Shown: in pieces, positions 39,023-53,100 of the stretch | How positions within the stretch are numbered: position 1 is the stretch's first letter | Layout: each line of letters opens with the position of its first letter | NCBI GenBank assembly: GCA_000708835.1 | Contig: DF237302.1 | Span: 31,500 to 95,499 of the forward strand | Origin: Klebsormidium nitens | Taxonomy: Eukaryota > Plantae > Klebsormidiophyceae | Length of the DNA: 64,000 bases | Reading direction: 5' to 3' | Notes under the pieces: generated by a model | Database searches by the model: none | Told to the model about the DNA's origin: nothing | What the model saw: the letters and a program-made list of their open reading frames with translations, nothing else | Translations under genes and position numbers: made by a program

Positions 39023-40349
39023 GGACCGCACCGACTTCAGCGCCCACCCGCAACTGAGCCGCGCAACAAGGGTTTCGACGTGGAAGCCGCGGCTAGGGAG
39101 AAAACCACTGCCGTAAATTAATCCCAGTGGCCCGCCAGGCAGTGCCATAAGCGGGCGGCAGCCCGCCAGGATTTACGAATTTTACCATGAAAAAACTCTT
39201 TCCAGCCAGGAAAACCCGGCGCTTTTTGCCTTAAAAATGTCGAGCTATGGCAGGATTCATTGAAAAATCCTGGCTCCCGCCAGGGGATCATAGCATTTCA
39301 TTCACTATGTTGGGAACAGGCCTGGCAAACTTCTGCCCGGTGGTTACCCGCAGAATATTTTCGGAGGGGTCGAAAGTTTCTCGGGCCAGTCCTGAAGCGC
39401 CATGGATGTCAGCAAAGTCCCAGAATTTCAACCGGCCGTACGAGAAATTTGGCCGGGTACCTACCGCTATGCAATCTGACGGTCAAAATCCAATTTGGTA
39501 CACACTGGTTCCGCGAGGCTACTGGCCTACGTACCGTCGCGCGCGACAAACGTTTCAAGTTGGCAACCCTTGGCAATACCGGGTCCTTGCAGACCGGTCG
39601 GCGTACTACAATACCGGGTACTAGCGGCGGTGTAGGCAAAGGGAGGCCAGTGGTCGGAGCTAGGCCTAGTAGGTCTAGGCTGTAGAGGTCCAGGAGCAAG
39701 GTACCCAGGCCCATAGAGCTACCGTCGCGAACAAATTTGAATTTCAAGCTAACGGTTGGTACCATTACGTTGCACTGCAGACTCAGTGACTTGTCGACTG
39801 AGTCGCGCGCGACGGTAACTCAAATTGGAGTACCGTACCGCCGATCGTCTACTGCGGCGACTCGGTACTCACTTTCAAGACACGGCAATCCGATTTACAC
39901 GCGTGAAAGCATAGCCGCTGACGTGGAACTGACACCAGACAATAATCTGACACAAAATCTTCTGACACGGTTGTTACTGCTGGGTACAAATTCACAGTTT
40001 CAAACTACACCGCGTCACTAGCATAGCCGCACTGAATTCAGCGTACCCAGTGAGAGCTACCTGGGTCCTACCTAGCTGATTGATACTCTATGCCCGGGGG
40101 TAGCGCGGTCAACTCCGCCGAGTTGTAAATTTATTAGTTACAAGAGTGAGACCGTCAGCGTTACGCCGTACCGGCTGACCGGTGATCATGTCCCCCAGCT
40201 AGGAGCATCCCGCAGACCCAAAGTGATCAACCGGGCAGTCGATGCACCAACTTTGCCCCACAGCCCGGCCCCGTTTCCAAGGCTTCGAATGAAATGCTAT
40301 GTTACCTATGTACACATAGGGCGTTGTTGATTTACCTTCGGTGCGGTCC
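39023..40349. mobile_element. Non-coding element with nested inverted repeats (foldback/MITE-like)
   Basis: Perfect inverted pairs: 12 bp at 39023-39034/40338-40349; 15 bp at 39289-39303/40287-40301 (with an imperfect ~60-bp inward extension); 16 bp at 39532-39547/39802-39817. No TSD identified. Confidence 0.55.
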
Positions 40350-41038
40350 TTTGTGAACCTGTCATGCAGATTTTCAATTCTGCTGTTCAGTACTTGCAAT
40401 GAAATGACAGCAAATAAATCTGTTCAAAGCTTTTAGCCTAAAAGCCTTCGAGTCGGCAACTCAATAGTGAATGGAAGTTTTCCTGAACTGACCAGCGGCC
40501 AACGCCATTCGATTTAAACATGGTTCGACAAATGGTCGGAAGTTGCGCCTGCTTCATGGCCGTCTGGAAGGGCTTCTAGTTCAACATCATGAATGATCGA
40601 GCTTATGCAGGCGGCACCATATTGCAAGTTACGCTGAGAGATGTTGTCAAGTTGCCGCTGATATAAACGGTCGTGGGTATAATCCGGCTAAACATATATA
40701 CATGAAGGTTATTACCAAAGATCATCATTGAAACGTTTGATTCCAGTGATTCGAATGTTCACTTTTGGTCCTTTTCAAGATTTTGACGGCCTCAGGCGGA
40801 GCAAAGAACTCAATCACTCCGCTATTCATTAATGGCAAAGGTACGCACAGCAATTGCGTTCCTTTGGTACATGGGCTTACAATGCACCGATCCGATAGCA
40901 ATGTGATGAATAATTTGATTCAAATTTTGAAACACAATATTTGAAGCTCGTCTTCGTTCTCAGAAGCACAACGTATGATTATATGTGCACATATGGTTCG
41001 CCTTCGGCAATGCTTCACGCGGCTGTGCCGATGATTTG

Positions 41039-44000
41039 TTATAAAGTGATTGGTGGCAGATGCCCACTTGCTATCCGAAGCAGTTTGTGCTCTATGGTAA
41101 TAGCATGGTGCTTGTCGGAGTAGTCTTTTCGTCCGTATAGATATAGTGGAGGAGGGTCGTTGTTGTGTTGAGGTACCACGTCTCCCCCGTCGTCAATTGA
41201 ACCAGGAAGGTAAAACGCCTGTAGACAGCTTGAAAATTGTTACACGATGTTCCAAAAGCATCTAAGCGGGAACTAGAGCATTAGACTCAACATATGTAAT
41301 GCATGTGGTCAACTTGTTACGAGCAGACTTTCACAAGCAAACTTTGAAGTGCCAACAATTGATGGATTGTATCTGGAAGACAAAAGGCAGCTCGTTCCAG
41401 ATTGGTTCACAGAGTAATTGCAGTGCTTTCCAAGCTCAAAACGAAGTAGAGGGATTCAGTAAGCTTTTCTTTTGAAAAGAAGGTATCCAGAACGGTTGGC
41501 TTTGCAAACTTTTGCTTCATGCTCGAATATGATGGGTTAATAAGAATTCACCTGGCCCTTCAACAGTTCGGTGTCCTTCCATAGGAGCTCATAGCGGGGG
41601 TTGTCCACTCTGCAATCATAAAGGTGGCAATTTATATAAGACTCTGAGAAAAGCTTTTCATTCATTGATGTATGTACAACGAGCTCGTTTATGCAATTGT
41701 TAACTGCATTCTACCCTAAATAGGTACCGCATTTGGAGTACTACAGAGAAGCAGTATATGAAGCGCAGATGCCTGGAAACTTTGCACATATACCGAGAAA
41801 TTTAATTTATAGTATGAATAACGGGAAAAGGTTTCTTACTCTGCTGCTTTTGGGGCAATCAAAATCACCAGTCTTGGTTCAAACGTGAACATTCGTTCCA
41901 CAAAGTCCTTCGCTCGCTCTCCAAGCTGACCAAAAGGTGGATTTAACCCAAACACCTGCAATTTTTTGAAACGTAGAACTTGTAGGCTGGAGCTTGACTC
42001 GTAGATTATAGATTCGGGCATAAGTCTGTGGTACTCATCCAAATGGTCAGCGGAACAATCTGAAGATCGTTGATATATTAGCATTCGAACGGCTACTATT
42101 TTGAAATTTACATTACCATGAAAATTTTGAAGCAAATCGAACCAACAGTAGTAGCACTATAAGTGAAACATAATGACATCCACGCAAAAGCACTTTGCCT
42201 CAATAAACGTTTGCTTACATCTACGTTGTTTATCCTTGTGCAATTCATGGGACATAAACAGTGGTACTCACCAGGCTTTTTCCGGTTGGAAGATCATCTT
42301 TGGAAACCTCGAACCAATCCTTCTTCTCGAAATGGAATGGGTTTGAGGTTTCACAAATGTCAAAATTCTTAAAACCGGCATTCTCGCTTCCCCTGCTTTT
42401 CTAACGTGGCTGCAAGCAGCATTGACCACTCATTGGACCCGCAAGACGTATCCACCACCTGCAGCAATCGTCAGTCTTGTGTAATGGCCTCAATGAGATC
42501 TATCTTTTGGGCCGCTTGCTTGATTCAAGTACAAAGTGGCAACATTTAAAACATCAGGGACCCATGATCTAAGCACAAACACAACAAGCTTCAAGTGGCA
42601 GAAACCTGACAAACGAAGTATGTCAATTGTTCAAAGGCAAGGCGTTAGTTAATACTTCAGCAAGAGTATATAGGCATATGCTTACCACATCTCCATCGTC
42701 AATGTACCAATGCAACCTCTCAATGATCTGCAGTTTGAATAATTACAACATATATATAAGCAACTTAACGCCAGCATATTAAATGCGACGTCGTAATGGT
42801 TGTGGTCAAGGTGCAACAACATTATAATTGCGTTTCCAAAGTAAACAAACATTGCATGTGATTCGTATTGACATCAATTTGAGACACAGGCTGATTGATG
42901 TAACAATCATATTGAACAATTGTGATAAGAGTTGACCTGGGAAGAAATACTCACAGATCATGGTTCTGAGTTTGAGATTAACCGCTATCATATTTGCCTA
43001 AAAACGACAAAAGATAGTAGAAGCGCCCTCTTTGATGACAAACAAATCGAGAGCCCAGGAAAAAGCTCACCTCTGCTAAGTTTTTCGACACCGTAAAGTG
43101 GCGTCTGAATGACGTACAGCGTCTTCCATGGAGGAATGGAGCTATTCGCACTGCCAGTTGTGACTGCGCAGAGAGACCGGATTTTCAACGCGTTGCAAAC
43201 CAAGAGAGAACCAGTGTACATGAGTGTACATGTGACAAACTGTGTTACATTATAAACTTTCTAAAGACAAGCTCGATCTAAAATCATACTAACACAAACG
43301 ATGCTTCAGCACGAAGAACAGTTTCGTCGCTTGAAATATGTCAAAACGCTCGCTAGGGATGATAGCAAGGATTTGGCAAAGCAGAATACAAAGGATGCAA
43401 ATACTCAGCGCTCGGCATCAATAACGAAAAGCTTCTGAAGATAAGTCTGACCATTACTTCTTTCGAACCGAAATGATCTTGAATTTTACCGTATGGACCT
43501 CGTTTTCACTGCATCCACATTCAACAAAGCAGCAGCAGTTCAGCAGTAATCACATGCGGTAGGTTATAAAAGTATCTTGCCTCGATCGCTTCAAGCTGGG
43601 TCAAGCTCTCGGGCCGAAGCATCTCAATCACAAGTTTGTGCGTAGCCTTGGATGGCAATGTTCGGTCTTGTAGTACGTTCAGTGCACTATCAATGTTCTG
43701 CAAGTTCAAAAGAAACAGATATATGCCAGATTAGTATTCGTCAATCTTTAAGGAGATCATTCATCCCAATATAGGCACAGAATTTGATGTTTCAACCAAT
43801 TAAACATGGAAAAACAAATCGCATTCGAATCTGCATATAATAATGGCTTACCTTTGGCAGCTTCTCAATCAGGCTTTGTATCTCCCTCCGTTTGATGAAA
43901 TTGCTTGGTTTGTCAGCATCGCGTCGTCGGTAAGACAATGGTACTCGAAGCGTTTCATCCACCTTCTCCGTCGTCCAAAGTCGGCTCGCCAGGTTTGTAA

Positions 44001-47000
44001 CACTATAAGATAATGCAATTATCCATTTGTTCGGGTTATAATGTGAACTTTTGTCATGCTTCTGTATGATTTTCGCGCAGCGTTCTATCAAATTAAGCTT
44101 GTAAGAATTTGATCAATCCAGATGAACAATCAAACAACCAAACCATCTGTTGCGCTTTTCGTAAGCCAAGAAATTCGTTTCAGTTGTACATTTATAGCTG
44201 AAACTCTAAAAACTCTAAGAACTCTTAAGAATACACGTAGGAGCTTGTGAAGGCCTGTGAGTGGAGACTTTGTGATTGAATGCTCATGCTTGATCCATTG
44301 TCAACTGGTGGTTTTAGATGCGGGGCTCGTCCAAAATGTCGGACTTTCAAAAGGAATACGAAGGTCCAGATGGCATCTAATATTGCCTTGAAAAGAATCC
44401 AACAAGATTGATTGATTTTAAGACAAGTATCTCACCTCACAAGAGTGTCGTGATCCACAAGTTTGTCTTCTTCCCCTTCATCCATATCCGAATGGTTGGA
44501 CGTTAGACGCTCACATTCCGCAGAGGCGCTCGTTTGAGATTCCTTGGGGTTTTGACTTGACGTTCTATCGACGTACAATGCATGTCTACTTGAGACAGAC
44601 GCTCTTCCATTCACCGCCGCATCTCCAAGCTTACGCAAATCACTGGTAGATTCACTTTCGCTTTCCGATGATTCCTTGGAAAAATCGGACCTTTTTCCAA
44701 TAGCTTTGGCAACAAGCTCCAACTTCTGGCTGCTAGGGTCTGGCTCTAGAAGACAACTATATGATTCTCTTCGCATTTTCCTAACGTTAGCGCCTCTGTC
44801 ATCTCCTTCCCGGACTCCGCGGCGTTTGATCACCTTCGGATCACTTTCCATCTTTGCTATCCGTTTTCGTTGATGTTGCTTAGAATGTTGCGCTAGGTTG
44901 GCCACAGGCTCCAGTTCAACAACCTCCGCGAAAATGTCTCCAAGAGGAGACAAAATGTGATCTCGCAATGGTGTTTCAAGCTCCGGAACAATAGTATGTT
45001 GGCTGCACAGGAAATTATCCGTCATGTTTCTTACATCTCTAGAGGCCATGTTGATTGCCTTTCATTACAAGAAATGCCGAAAACAACAAAAAAACGAAAA
45101 AGGACATTGCCTCAAACAAGCTATCGATTCATCCTGCCAGAAAAGGCAGCCAAATATTGCAAGTATAGTTGATTCAAACAACTCAATAGTTGGGCTCTGA
45201 AAGTTATCCCTTTGAATTCGGTCCAAACTCACATTCGGATTCGTTTGAGAACTTTAGTGCGTGCTAGCGAACTGCTTTGGGAAATCCGCCAAGCAAGACG
45301 CGGAAGGGGTGCACGCGCGCGCTCACAAGAAACAACCGATCAATCGTGAATGACCGCAAGCAGTGCTCAGTGAAAGACAATGATCACCTGCAATACATCA
45401 CCCGCTGGGGAAACTCATCGTCCACACCCCACACCCGTTGAAAGATGCCTGATGCGGAATCCGTCTTCCCATATCGCAACCCGCTGGATACAATGACAGA
45501 ATACATGTAGTCAATCACGCAATTCCTAGTCTAAGCATCTCATTCATCTTGAAGTCTCAGTTGCGGTGGTGCTCAAAAGACTCCATAGTTGTTCCTCCAA
45601 GGAGCTTCAACCTTAAGGCAATCTCTAAGTAGACTTGAGCAACATATATCGTCTTTCAAACGTGCGTCAACGAGTGCTGCAAGGTTCGCTAAACCTATGA
45701 TACTCTTGCACGAAGTTGGACAAGGAGATTGCAACTCACAATGGCAGGCACTCCACGTGATAGGCGGTTGGACATCTTCTGCACTTCACCAGCCAGTTGT
45801 GCACCCCTGATTATTCCAGCTCCCCGCAGTCGACGCAGAAGTGCAGTGGGCATCGGAAGAATGCCCGCCTTCGATCCTCCTCCGCTTTTTGTGCTGCATG
45901 GTCTGGCGCCTCGTTTGATTCATCTTTAGAAGATATCACCTGGGCTAGGCAGCCTAGATGATAATAATGACCGCAACCACTTTCACCACATTGAAACACC
46001 TGCAGACGTGGAAAAATCGGCAATCTTTGAGTGGTTGAGTATGCAAAGTTAGTACCAAAGCTTAGGACAAAGGCAATTGTTTAGATATCTTCCAAGTCGT
46101 GGAATTATTGATAGAAAGATCATGGAAGCTTGCAATCAATGTCCGTTTCACAAGGCCTCAAGCTTGCAGGACAGATCAAAAGAACCAACCAAGCTTAAAA
46201 GCACCACCAAACGCTCCTGCTTGTGCCCAACCCAAGAATAGTAGCCACTAATTGGAGTGCAATGTGTCACGTGTACCAGTTGTTAGTTTGGTGAAGCCTG
46301 TGCGTGCAGATGTAAGCACAACTCAACTCCAATGATCCTCCGCTTATCCAGAACTCTTATTGCCAGATTCTTTAGCCTGACGCTTGAGACCTTTTAACAC
46401 CTAAAAGTTTAACAGGCTTTTTCACCGACCATTCAACGATCTTCAAATGAACAAGTCGATTGAAAGCTCGCATGCGTCATTTGAATGTTGCAATAGATCT
46501 ATAATTTTGTGCAACATACCTCTTGGTTTTCTCCTTCGACTCCTTCGACTGATGATCCGAGCTCTCCACACACATAGCATTGATGAATCTTTGCCACGCA
46601 GTTTGGACAGCTCCACGATGAGAATTGCTGCAAAGTCAACGACAACACTTGTTAAGGACATAAGGAGCTTACGACCATGTTGAAGAGGGCGTCCGCCCCA
46701 GACAGCTTTCAAAACAAGTACTAAGTGCTGGGTCGGGGAAGGTGAACATGGTTTGAGCAAGCGGTCACTTTGTGAGGCATGCCTCCGGACCCTACTTTGA
46801 ATAATCCTACTTCAATCCTGAGCTGAAGCAACGGGGTTTTATGCAGCAGAGGAATAAACAAGATTTGATTTGCGGGAGTGCAATCAGACCAGATTGGCAA
46901 CGTTGTCTCAGGAGACCGCTGATGAGCTTTAACTCCACTATGTTCCACATGATTATGATGAGGTGCTAATTGTGAACACGCTTTTGTGCCAACACTGCTA

Positions 47001-47940
47001 GATACATTGGTAATGATGAGTGGCGACTCTTTTTTATTGACTGCAGCTTCGAAGTAAGTTGCTCTGAAGAGAATTAATTTCAAAGCGTGTTGCTTACATC
47101 CAAAGAGCCACCAAAGCATACAATTGTGTGATGCCCTTGATTTTCAGCCGTTCTCGTCACGCTTTGCATCCTAATAAACAATAATGTCCTCAATAATCAT
47201 AATGGTCAATCTGTTCGCGAGGGGCATAGAACAAATCGTGCGTAAGAGAAGGCAAATTTACCTTCACTGCTTGCTCGTCCATCTGAAGGGTAACGCATTG
47301 TGACGACGCGCCTGCTTCTCTCGTTGCATGAAATGCTCTCATGCATCCACCTTCGCAACTATTGAGAAGAGGGAAAGAATCGAGTCAAGCACTTGAGTCA
47401 CATGCGTGCGTTTGAGTGCAGAGCTCTGTTTTGTGCACTTCGAACCACCACAAGCTTGACATTTTCTCTAGTTGTTACTTTGTCAGGCGCGAATAAAGGG
47501 GCCTTGAACAAAGCATGACGTGTTGTGGCGTCACTTAGTGTTGCTTCTAAGCTTCTGTCCAAGCCCCCTAGCAACGGATATTTCAAAGCGGAGGCAGCGA
47601 CATGGTCATTATGCGTTACTGGTTGGGTCCCATCTTGCAAACTCTACTTGAGCAATATATAAGTCGTAGCCTGTCTGACAACAAGGCTCCAGGTTCAGAG
47701 GCGATTCAAAGATTTGCAGGGCCCCATCTGGTCTATGAGCAAAGGTCAGCTTGAGGGACCAACGAGATCGAAAGCAGTAGCTTGGGATTCCGCGGAATCT
47801 ACTAAACCACAATCGCTACTCACCACAGCAAATCACCACCCTCGTCGCAGAGTGCACAGACACAGTCGCCAATGTATATGTCGTCTAACACCTCCTCCAG
47901 GTGGTCACCATCTTCGCAGTGTGACGCCTCGTCCATGATC
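41039..47940 (-). pseudogene. EDM2: EDM2-like (three PHD-like fingers plus C-terminal methyltransferase-like domain), disrupted
   Basis: Spliced exons give CVCALCDEGGDLLCCEGGCMRAFH, CPNCVAKIHQCYVCG, VFQCGESGCGHYYHLGC, CPLHFCVDC..CRRCPTAYHVECLP, HTIVPELETPLRDHI, APFLHGRRCTSFRRHFT, ERLHWYIDDGD, VDTSCGSNE, FEKKDW, GLNPPFG and FYLPGS, colinear with plant EDM2. Lesions: in-frame TAA at 45811-45813 and a +1 frameshift at 42371-42374. The 5' end was not resolved. Confidence 0.85.
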
Positions 47941-49968
47941 AGATGTACCACAACTGAGCATGAACTAGCTAGCTGAGGGTGCTCATGAAAACGCCTGTCA
48001 AAGAAGAGGAGACCAGTAGACTTGCATCGCAGTTTCATCATTGCCCCGCGCCCTTGTCGCATACAGACAAATTACGAGGTTTTAATCGAGGAGCTTGATA
48101 TGATTCTCTCGCCACTTTTCTGATGAGACGTTACCCCTTGCGCAGCTGCGCAATATTTACTTCCTGCTTACCAATTCCTCTTGCAAATAAAATCCCTCAT
48201 GTCACTGCTCCAGCAACAAACATGCGACTTTATGCTGGAAGTACTAGCTTCGTGTTGATAAATGGATAAGTCGACGCAATTTTGAAGGGTGTGGTTACAA
48301 TAAGTCTGATTGCCTCAATTGCCAGTGCAGTGTTACAGTGTTGAGAGAGCCTACAACCCCCTGCTGATCTGTCAGTGTGCAGGTTACATGGTAGGAGCCT
48401 GGGCTGAACTGTCTGACTTTGGCTTGCCCTTTCGCAGTAAGCAGCCTTTGATTCTCAGAGACCTCAAACCAGCAAAGCTTTGACATCCCTATTGCATACG
48501 AGAATTCAGAAGCTAAGCTCACCTGGACGCTGGCGAGAGAGATGAACCAGCAACCAGAGAGTGATGGCGAGCTGGAGTAGGAAAACATGAGGGGCGAGGG
48601 GCAAAATTCCGATTAGGAAGAAGATGAGGTAGAGGAAGCTGCAGCAAACCGTGCGGACGTGGAGCAAATGTATCACTCTGCAGAGTCAAACAGCGACTCA
48701 GACTGGGTGATCAAGTAGATGAGGGCGGCTAAGTGAAACCTTGAGAAGGCCCTTGAGAAGGCAGCTGCAAGGGCGAATACAGAGTTGCACAGTCAGGCTT
48801 TCTTTTTCGAGCGCAATCTGACCTTGTTACAAACAAGGTGTTCGAATTCAAGATATGCAGAACCGCCCATTGCAACTGGCCGTTAAAAGCCAGCACCTGT
48901 CAAGCGCAATACATTCTGGAACAACTAAGCGAGGCCGTTCAGCAGTGGCTCTTACGTCATAAACATGGTCAAGCATACTAGGATTTGAAACGGCTAAACG
49001 GGTCACAACAATATGAAAACAAGGGTTTTCTCCAGCATCCAGGAGTCAGGACCTAGTAGGAAGCTGCAACGCAATTGTGAGTTGAGTTGGTCGCGAGTTA
49101 GGAGCTGGCCTAGGTGGAAACTCCCCCAACAACGATGCCGCTTGAGGATTTTGAAAGATCCCGGTAAACTCTTACAATGCTGACCCAAAGTGATCAATTT
49201 CAACCTATATCTACCAGAGGGCATATCACTACCAAAACCATGCCCGGAAAAGAAGCCAGCAACATCAAAAGTAAGAGAGGAGATGAGCAGCGAAACGCTC
49301 ACCAGCACTAGATTTCACTTAGAACTAAGGCTCGATGCTTGAGGGACTCAAGAGGAGCGTGATTCAGGCTGAGAGAATTCGGTCAATGTGAACAGGGACT
49401 AGGTGACACTACGGAGCGAAGAACATATCTGCAGATTAGAGAACCGCTTCGGTCTCAGCATTTGGTGAGAGACCAAGAGCTTGGTGTCCTCTTCTGGCAG
49501 CTGGTGTGCCTTTAAATCCGTTGAGCAATATCACTGGAGAGTGCTCCCCTGCGTCCCAATCAGCTAGGCCCTGCTTGCCATGAAAAAGTGAGGGTAAGCT
49601 GATACCTAGCATCCGCCCTTGAAGTGTGGATGTCCTGTGCTTGCTTGCGCCTTTCTTGAGAGGAGATTCGTTTGCTGTCCAGGCCGGCCAGGTTAACTGC
49701 AGCAATGGCAGGAGCCATTAGCCCTGGCCCTGCTTTAAATGGGGCGGTCAAACTTCTAACCGAACCTATCAGAAACAGGTTATTCGCCAGTGCTAACCAG
49801 ACCTTAAACCAGAGCAGCCGTTTTGTAGACCTGAGCTTGCAAAGCACTGTAAGTGTCGACTTCCTTGAGACGTGGATTGAGCAGAATCTGGAGCTGTGAA
49901 CATTCGATCAGCGCTGCACTCTTTGTGGCGTCTTGACAGCTGAGCCACAATCGAATCCTACCTAGGCC

Positions 49969-49980
49969 TGGGCCTGGGCC
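49969..49980 (+). promoter_or_regulatory. Tandem site II elements (TGGGCC TGGGCC) upstream of MECR
   Basis: Two adjacent TGGGCC hexamers ~170 nt before ATG 50149. Site II motifs are typical of plant nuclear genes for mitochondrial proteins. Confidence 0.45.
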
Positions 49981-50148
49981 AAGGCACATGGCTTCTCTAC
50001 AAATTGGAACAACGGCGACGCATTTGAGAACCCCGCTGCCATACGCTTTTTGAGCAGGAGGAGGTTCTGCAAGCACGTTGCACACTGATCAAAGGAACAG
50101 GATGATAATCAGGAGAGGCATCACAACCTTGTGAACCTTGCGAAACAT

Positions 50149-53100
50149 ATGGCAGCATTGCGAGGGCACCATACCACAAAGCCTTTCCTGCGGTACTCTG
50201 CATGCCAATTCCCAGCGTGCTTTGGGAAGATACAGCCTTTCTGGCAGAGCAGGGTCCAAGGCATGGCGACTGTCGCTACCACCGTCGTCTTTGATCAGCA
50301 TGGGCCCCCAGACAGAGTTTTGCGGTAAGCTGCTTCCACCGGAGAGCTCCTGAGCTGTCAAGCCAGAGGCGCAGTTAATTTTGCAAAGTCTTCTGGTATG
50401 GCAAAAGTGTGGGCTGCCTGCTTGCAGCCACTATTCAGTCACTTCCGTTCAGCTCTCAATCTCTTCATGGCATTCCAAGATGAAATGTTTTCAAAGCTGA
50501 ACCGCTTGTTGCACCCACTCTAATGCATCTTTGCTGAGGGTCCAGAAAGGTGATTGCCTACGAGCTTCTGAAGTAGACCCCTCTGAATCAGCTCGCAGAA
50601 CTGAGCTTTGATTGCTCCGGTGAATCGACGGTGTCTGCCACTTTCCACTCATCACCAACCACAGTTTTGAAGGCATTCAATTTCTTCGTTGCAGGCAAGA
50701 TCAGATGCCGCTCAAGCCACCGGAGGACAATGAAGTGGAGGTGGACATGCTCGCGGCTCCAATCAATCCCTCCGACATCAATTTGGTTGAAGGTTGGTCA
50801 TTGACTCCGTCTATTCTGTTTCTCACAGGAGTCTAACACAAATTGCAGGAACTGAAAGCTCCTGATGTTGCAAATTGCAGAGTTGAGGAGCGAACATTGT
50901 TTGATATAGTTCCGAATTGCATGGAAGCATCATTTGCAGATCAGCGTGACGCTCCCAGGGTGGTTTCTCTATCTTCTACAACGAGGCGGGTCGCTGACTC
51001 CCCAATAAAATGTGCAAAATGGTTTGAAAAGGTGTGAGAAGAAAGAGTCACTTTCACGACCCCTTACTCCTTTTTGACTTTATCGTCCTTCCAACAGACA
51101 GCGTGAGATCCTAGGCTCCTTTCACAAGGTCCCCTATGAACAGCTTCGATCCAAATTAGAAGTCGTGACAATTTTGTAAGTATATCTGCCTTTTAATATT
51201 GCAGGAACTTACGGGATTAAGCCGGACTTGCCAGCGGTAGCAGGCTTGGAGGGCGTCGGCAGAGTGACAAAAGTTGGGCCGGCGGTGACTTCTTTGGCCG
51301 TTTCAGACTGGGTGATACCAGCTTCGACTGGAAAGGCTTTTGGTGAGCGACCTTCCCTACCTTTGCATGGCCATCCAACTTCTCTGATCATTAGTCCCTG
51401 ATTCTGACGGGGTCAACGTTTGTGGGGGCTCGCTCGCTCGCTCTTGCGCGCTGCTTAGATTCTGTCCAAAGCCGTTGGTTCATGACAGGGCACTCCTGGT
51501 TGCTGGAACCTTGCGCGGAAAGGCCCATCAGTCATCGCCGCTAGTCCTAACATTCTACAGTACCTCGTATTGTTTTCCGTTGACATCAGGCCCCTGTTAC
51601 TCGACGCAACTTGCTTGGCGACATGCACGTAGCCTGGGCCGGGGCCCTGGCCCTCCGACCCGGACTCGTACTAGAGGGCCGAAGCCTATTAAGGTCGGGC
51701 TTCCCTGATCGGTCTCAAAATTGGGAGTTGGCGCTTTGGTACTTGTAGCTTCAGCTCGCTTCGAATTTCGACAGGCCGTCTTTTGCACTTGAATCCTTAC
51801 TCACAGACCCTACGGATCCCCTGGCCACGTTCAGGTGTACAAAATGCTGACTCGATCCATACCGTTGGAGTCTCACAGCTGGGTCATCAATTATTCCGAT
51901 GGCGGCAGCTGTCCAAGCCTGCGCTGACAACAACATCGTTGGCGGAAGTAACGCCATACAAAATGTTCCTTGCAGGCACCTGGAGGACCGCGGCAGTCTG
52001 TGCTGCGGAGGATCTGCTGAAAGTGCGTTCCGACGCCCCGGTCGAGTATGCAGCCACGGTGGCGGTGAATCCTTGCACGGCCTACCGGATGCTTGAGGAC
52101 TTCGCGCATCTCGAAGAAGGTACTGTCGCTCAGCTCGCCAAACAGCTTCCTTTGCTGCCCGATTCTTTGCAATCGCTATTTCGGCTGTCCGTTTCTGAGC
52201 CGTACCCTCGTCTGCATATCTTCTTCTGCCGTTCGATTGTCTTGCTGTCCGCTTTTGTACTGGCTGTTCCTTTGGTCCCCGAGCCATCTTTGTGGTCGTC
52301 TGGTTGCTGTCCATGTCTCTCCTCTCCCCTTCTGTGCCATATTTCTCTTCGGCAGCCTTTGCTTTGGCATGCCAAATGCCGCTGTCCGTCTCTTTGCCAT
52401 TGCTGTCAGTTCCTTCGCTATCCAGTTCTTTTTCCTTTGCAGTTTTTTCTTCGGTTCCTTGGGCCCCGTCCGCTTCGCCTTCCATTTCTTTCGCGGCCGT
52501 CCTTTGTTGAGTCTTTCGTCTTTTCGCAGCCCGACGGTCGTTTTGGGCATCCGTTTCGCCGTCGTCCGCTTCTTCCCGATCCATCTTTTCTTTTCACTCC
52601 GCTTCGTCCCCTTCGTTGATTGTGTGTCCTCCGCACTCACGCCACTGAAGTCTATGCCGTCCCCTCCTTTCTGCCACGGCTACACGTTTGTCGGCCATTC
52701 GACCTCCCATCTTTGCCAACATGTCTCTGCCGTCCATCTCTCCGCCTCGTTCGTTTCTCTGCAGTTCTTTCGTTTGCCGCCGATCTCGTTAATCGATCGC
52801 CGAATTCCCCGCCTCGATTCCTGCGGCGTCTGTTGTCTCTGCTGCCCGCTTTTCAACGTCCGTTCGTCCGACGTCCATTTCACCGCTATCCCTTTCTCCG
52901 CCGTTTCCATAGCGTACGTTTGTCCGGCGTTCGGTTCCTGCTGTCCGTTCCTCTCTCGTTTATGTTCCGTGTAAAAGACACAGGTTAAGGCGATTTCGAT
53001 GAAGAAAACGGCTAACAGAAGCGTCCGAAATCGGAGAAACGGTTCGTTTGACCGTAAAAGGACAGCAGATAATGCCCATCCTGGGTATCAAATACAGGCA

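Noticed and set aside
51751-52988. Cluster of long overlapping ORFs (277, 278, 293, 154 aa) on both strands
   Set aside because: They lie in MECR introns 3-4. The stop-free frames follow from extreme A-depletion on the plus strand, and only 51976-52119 is a real exon.
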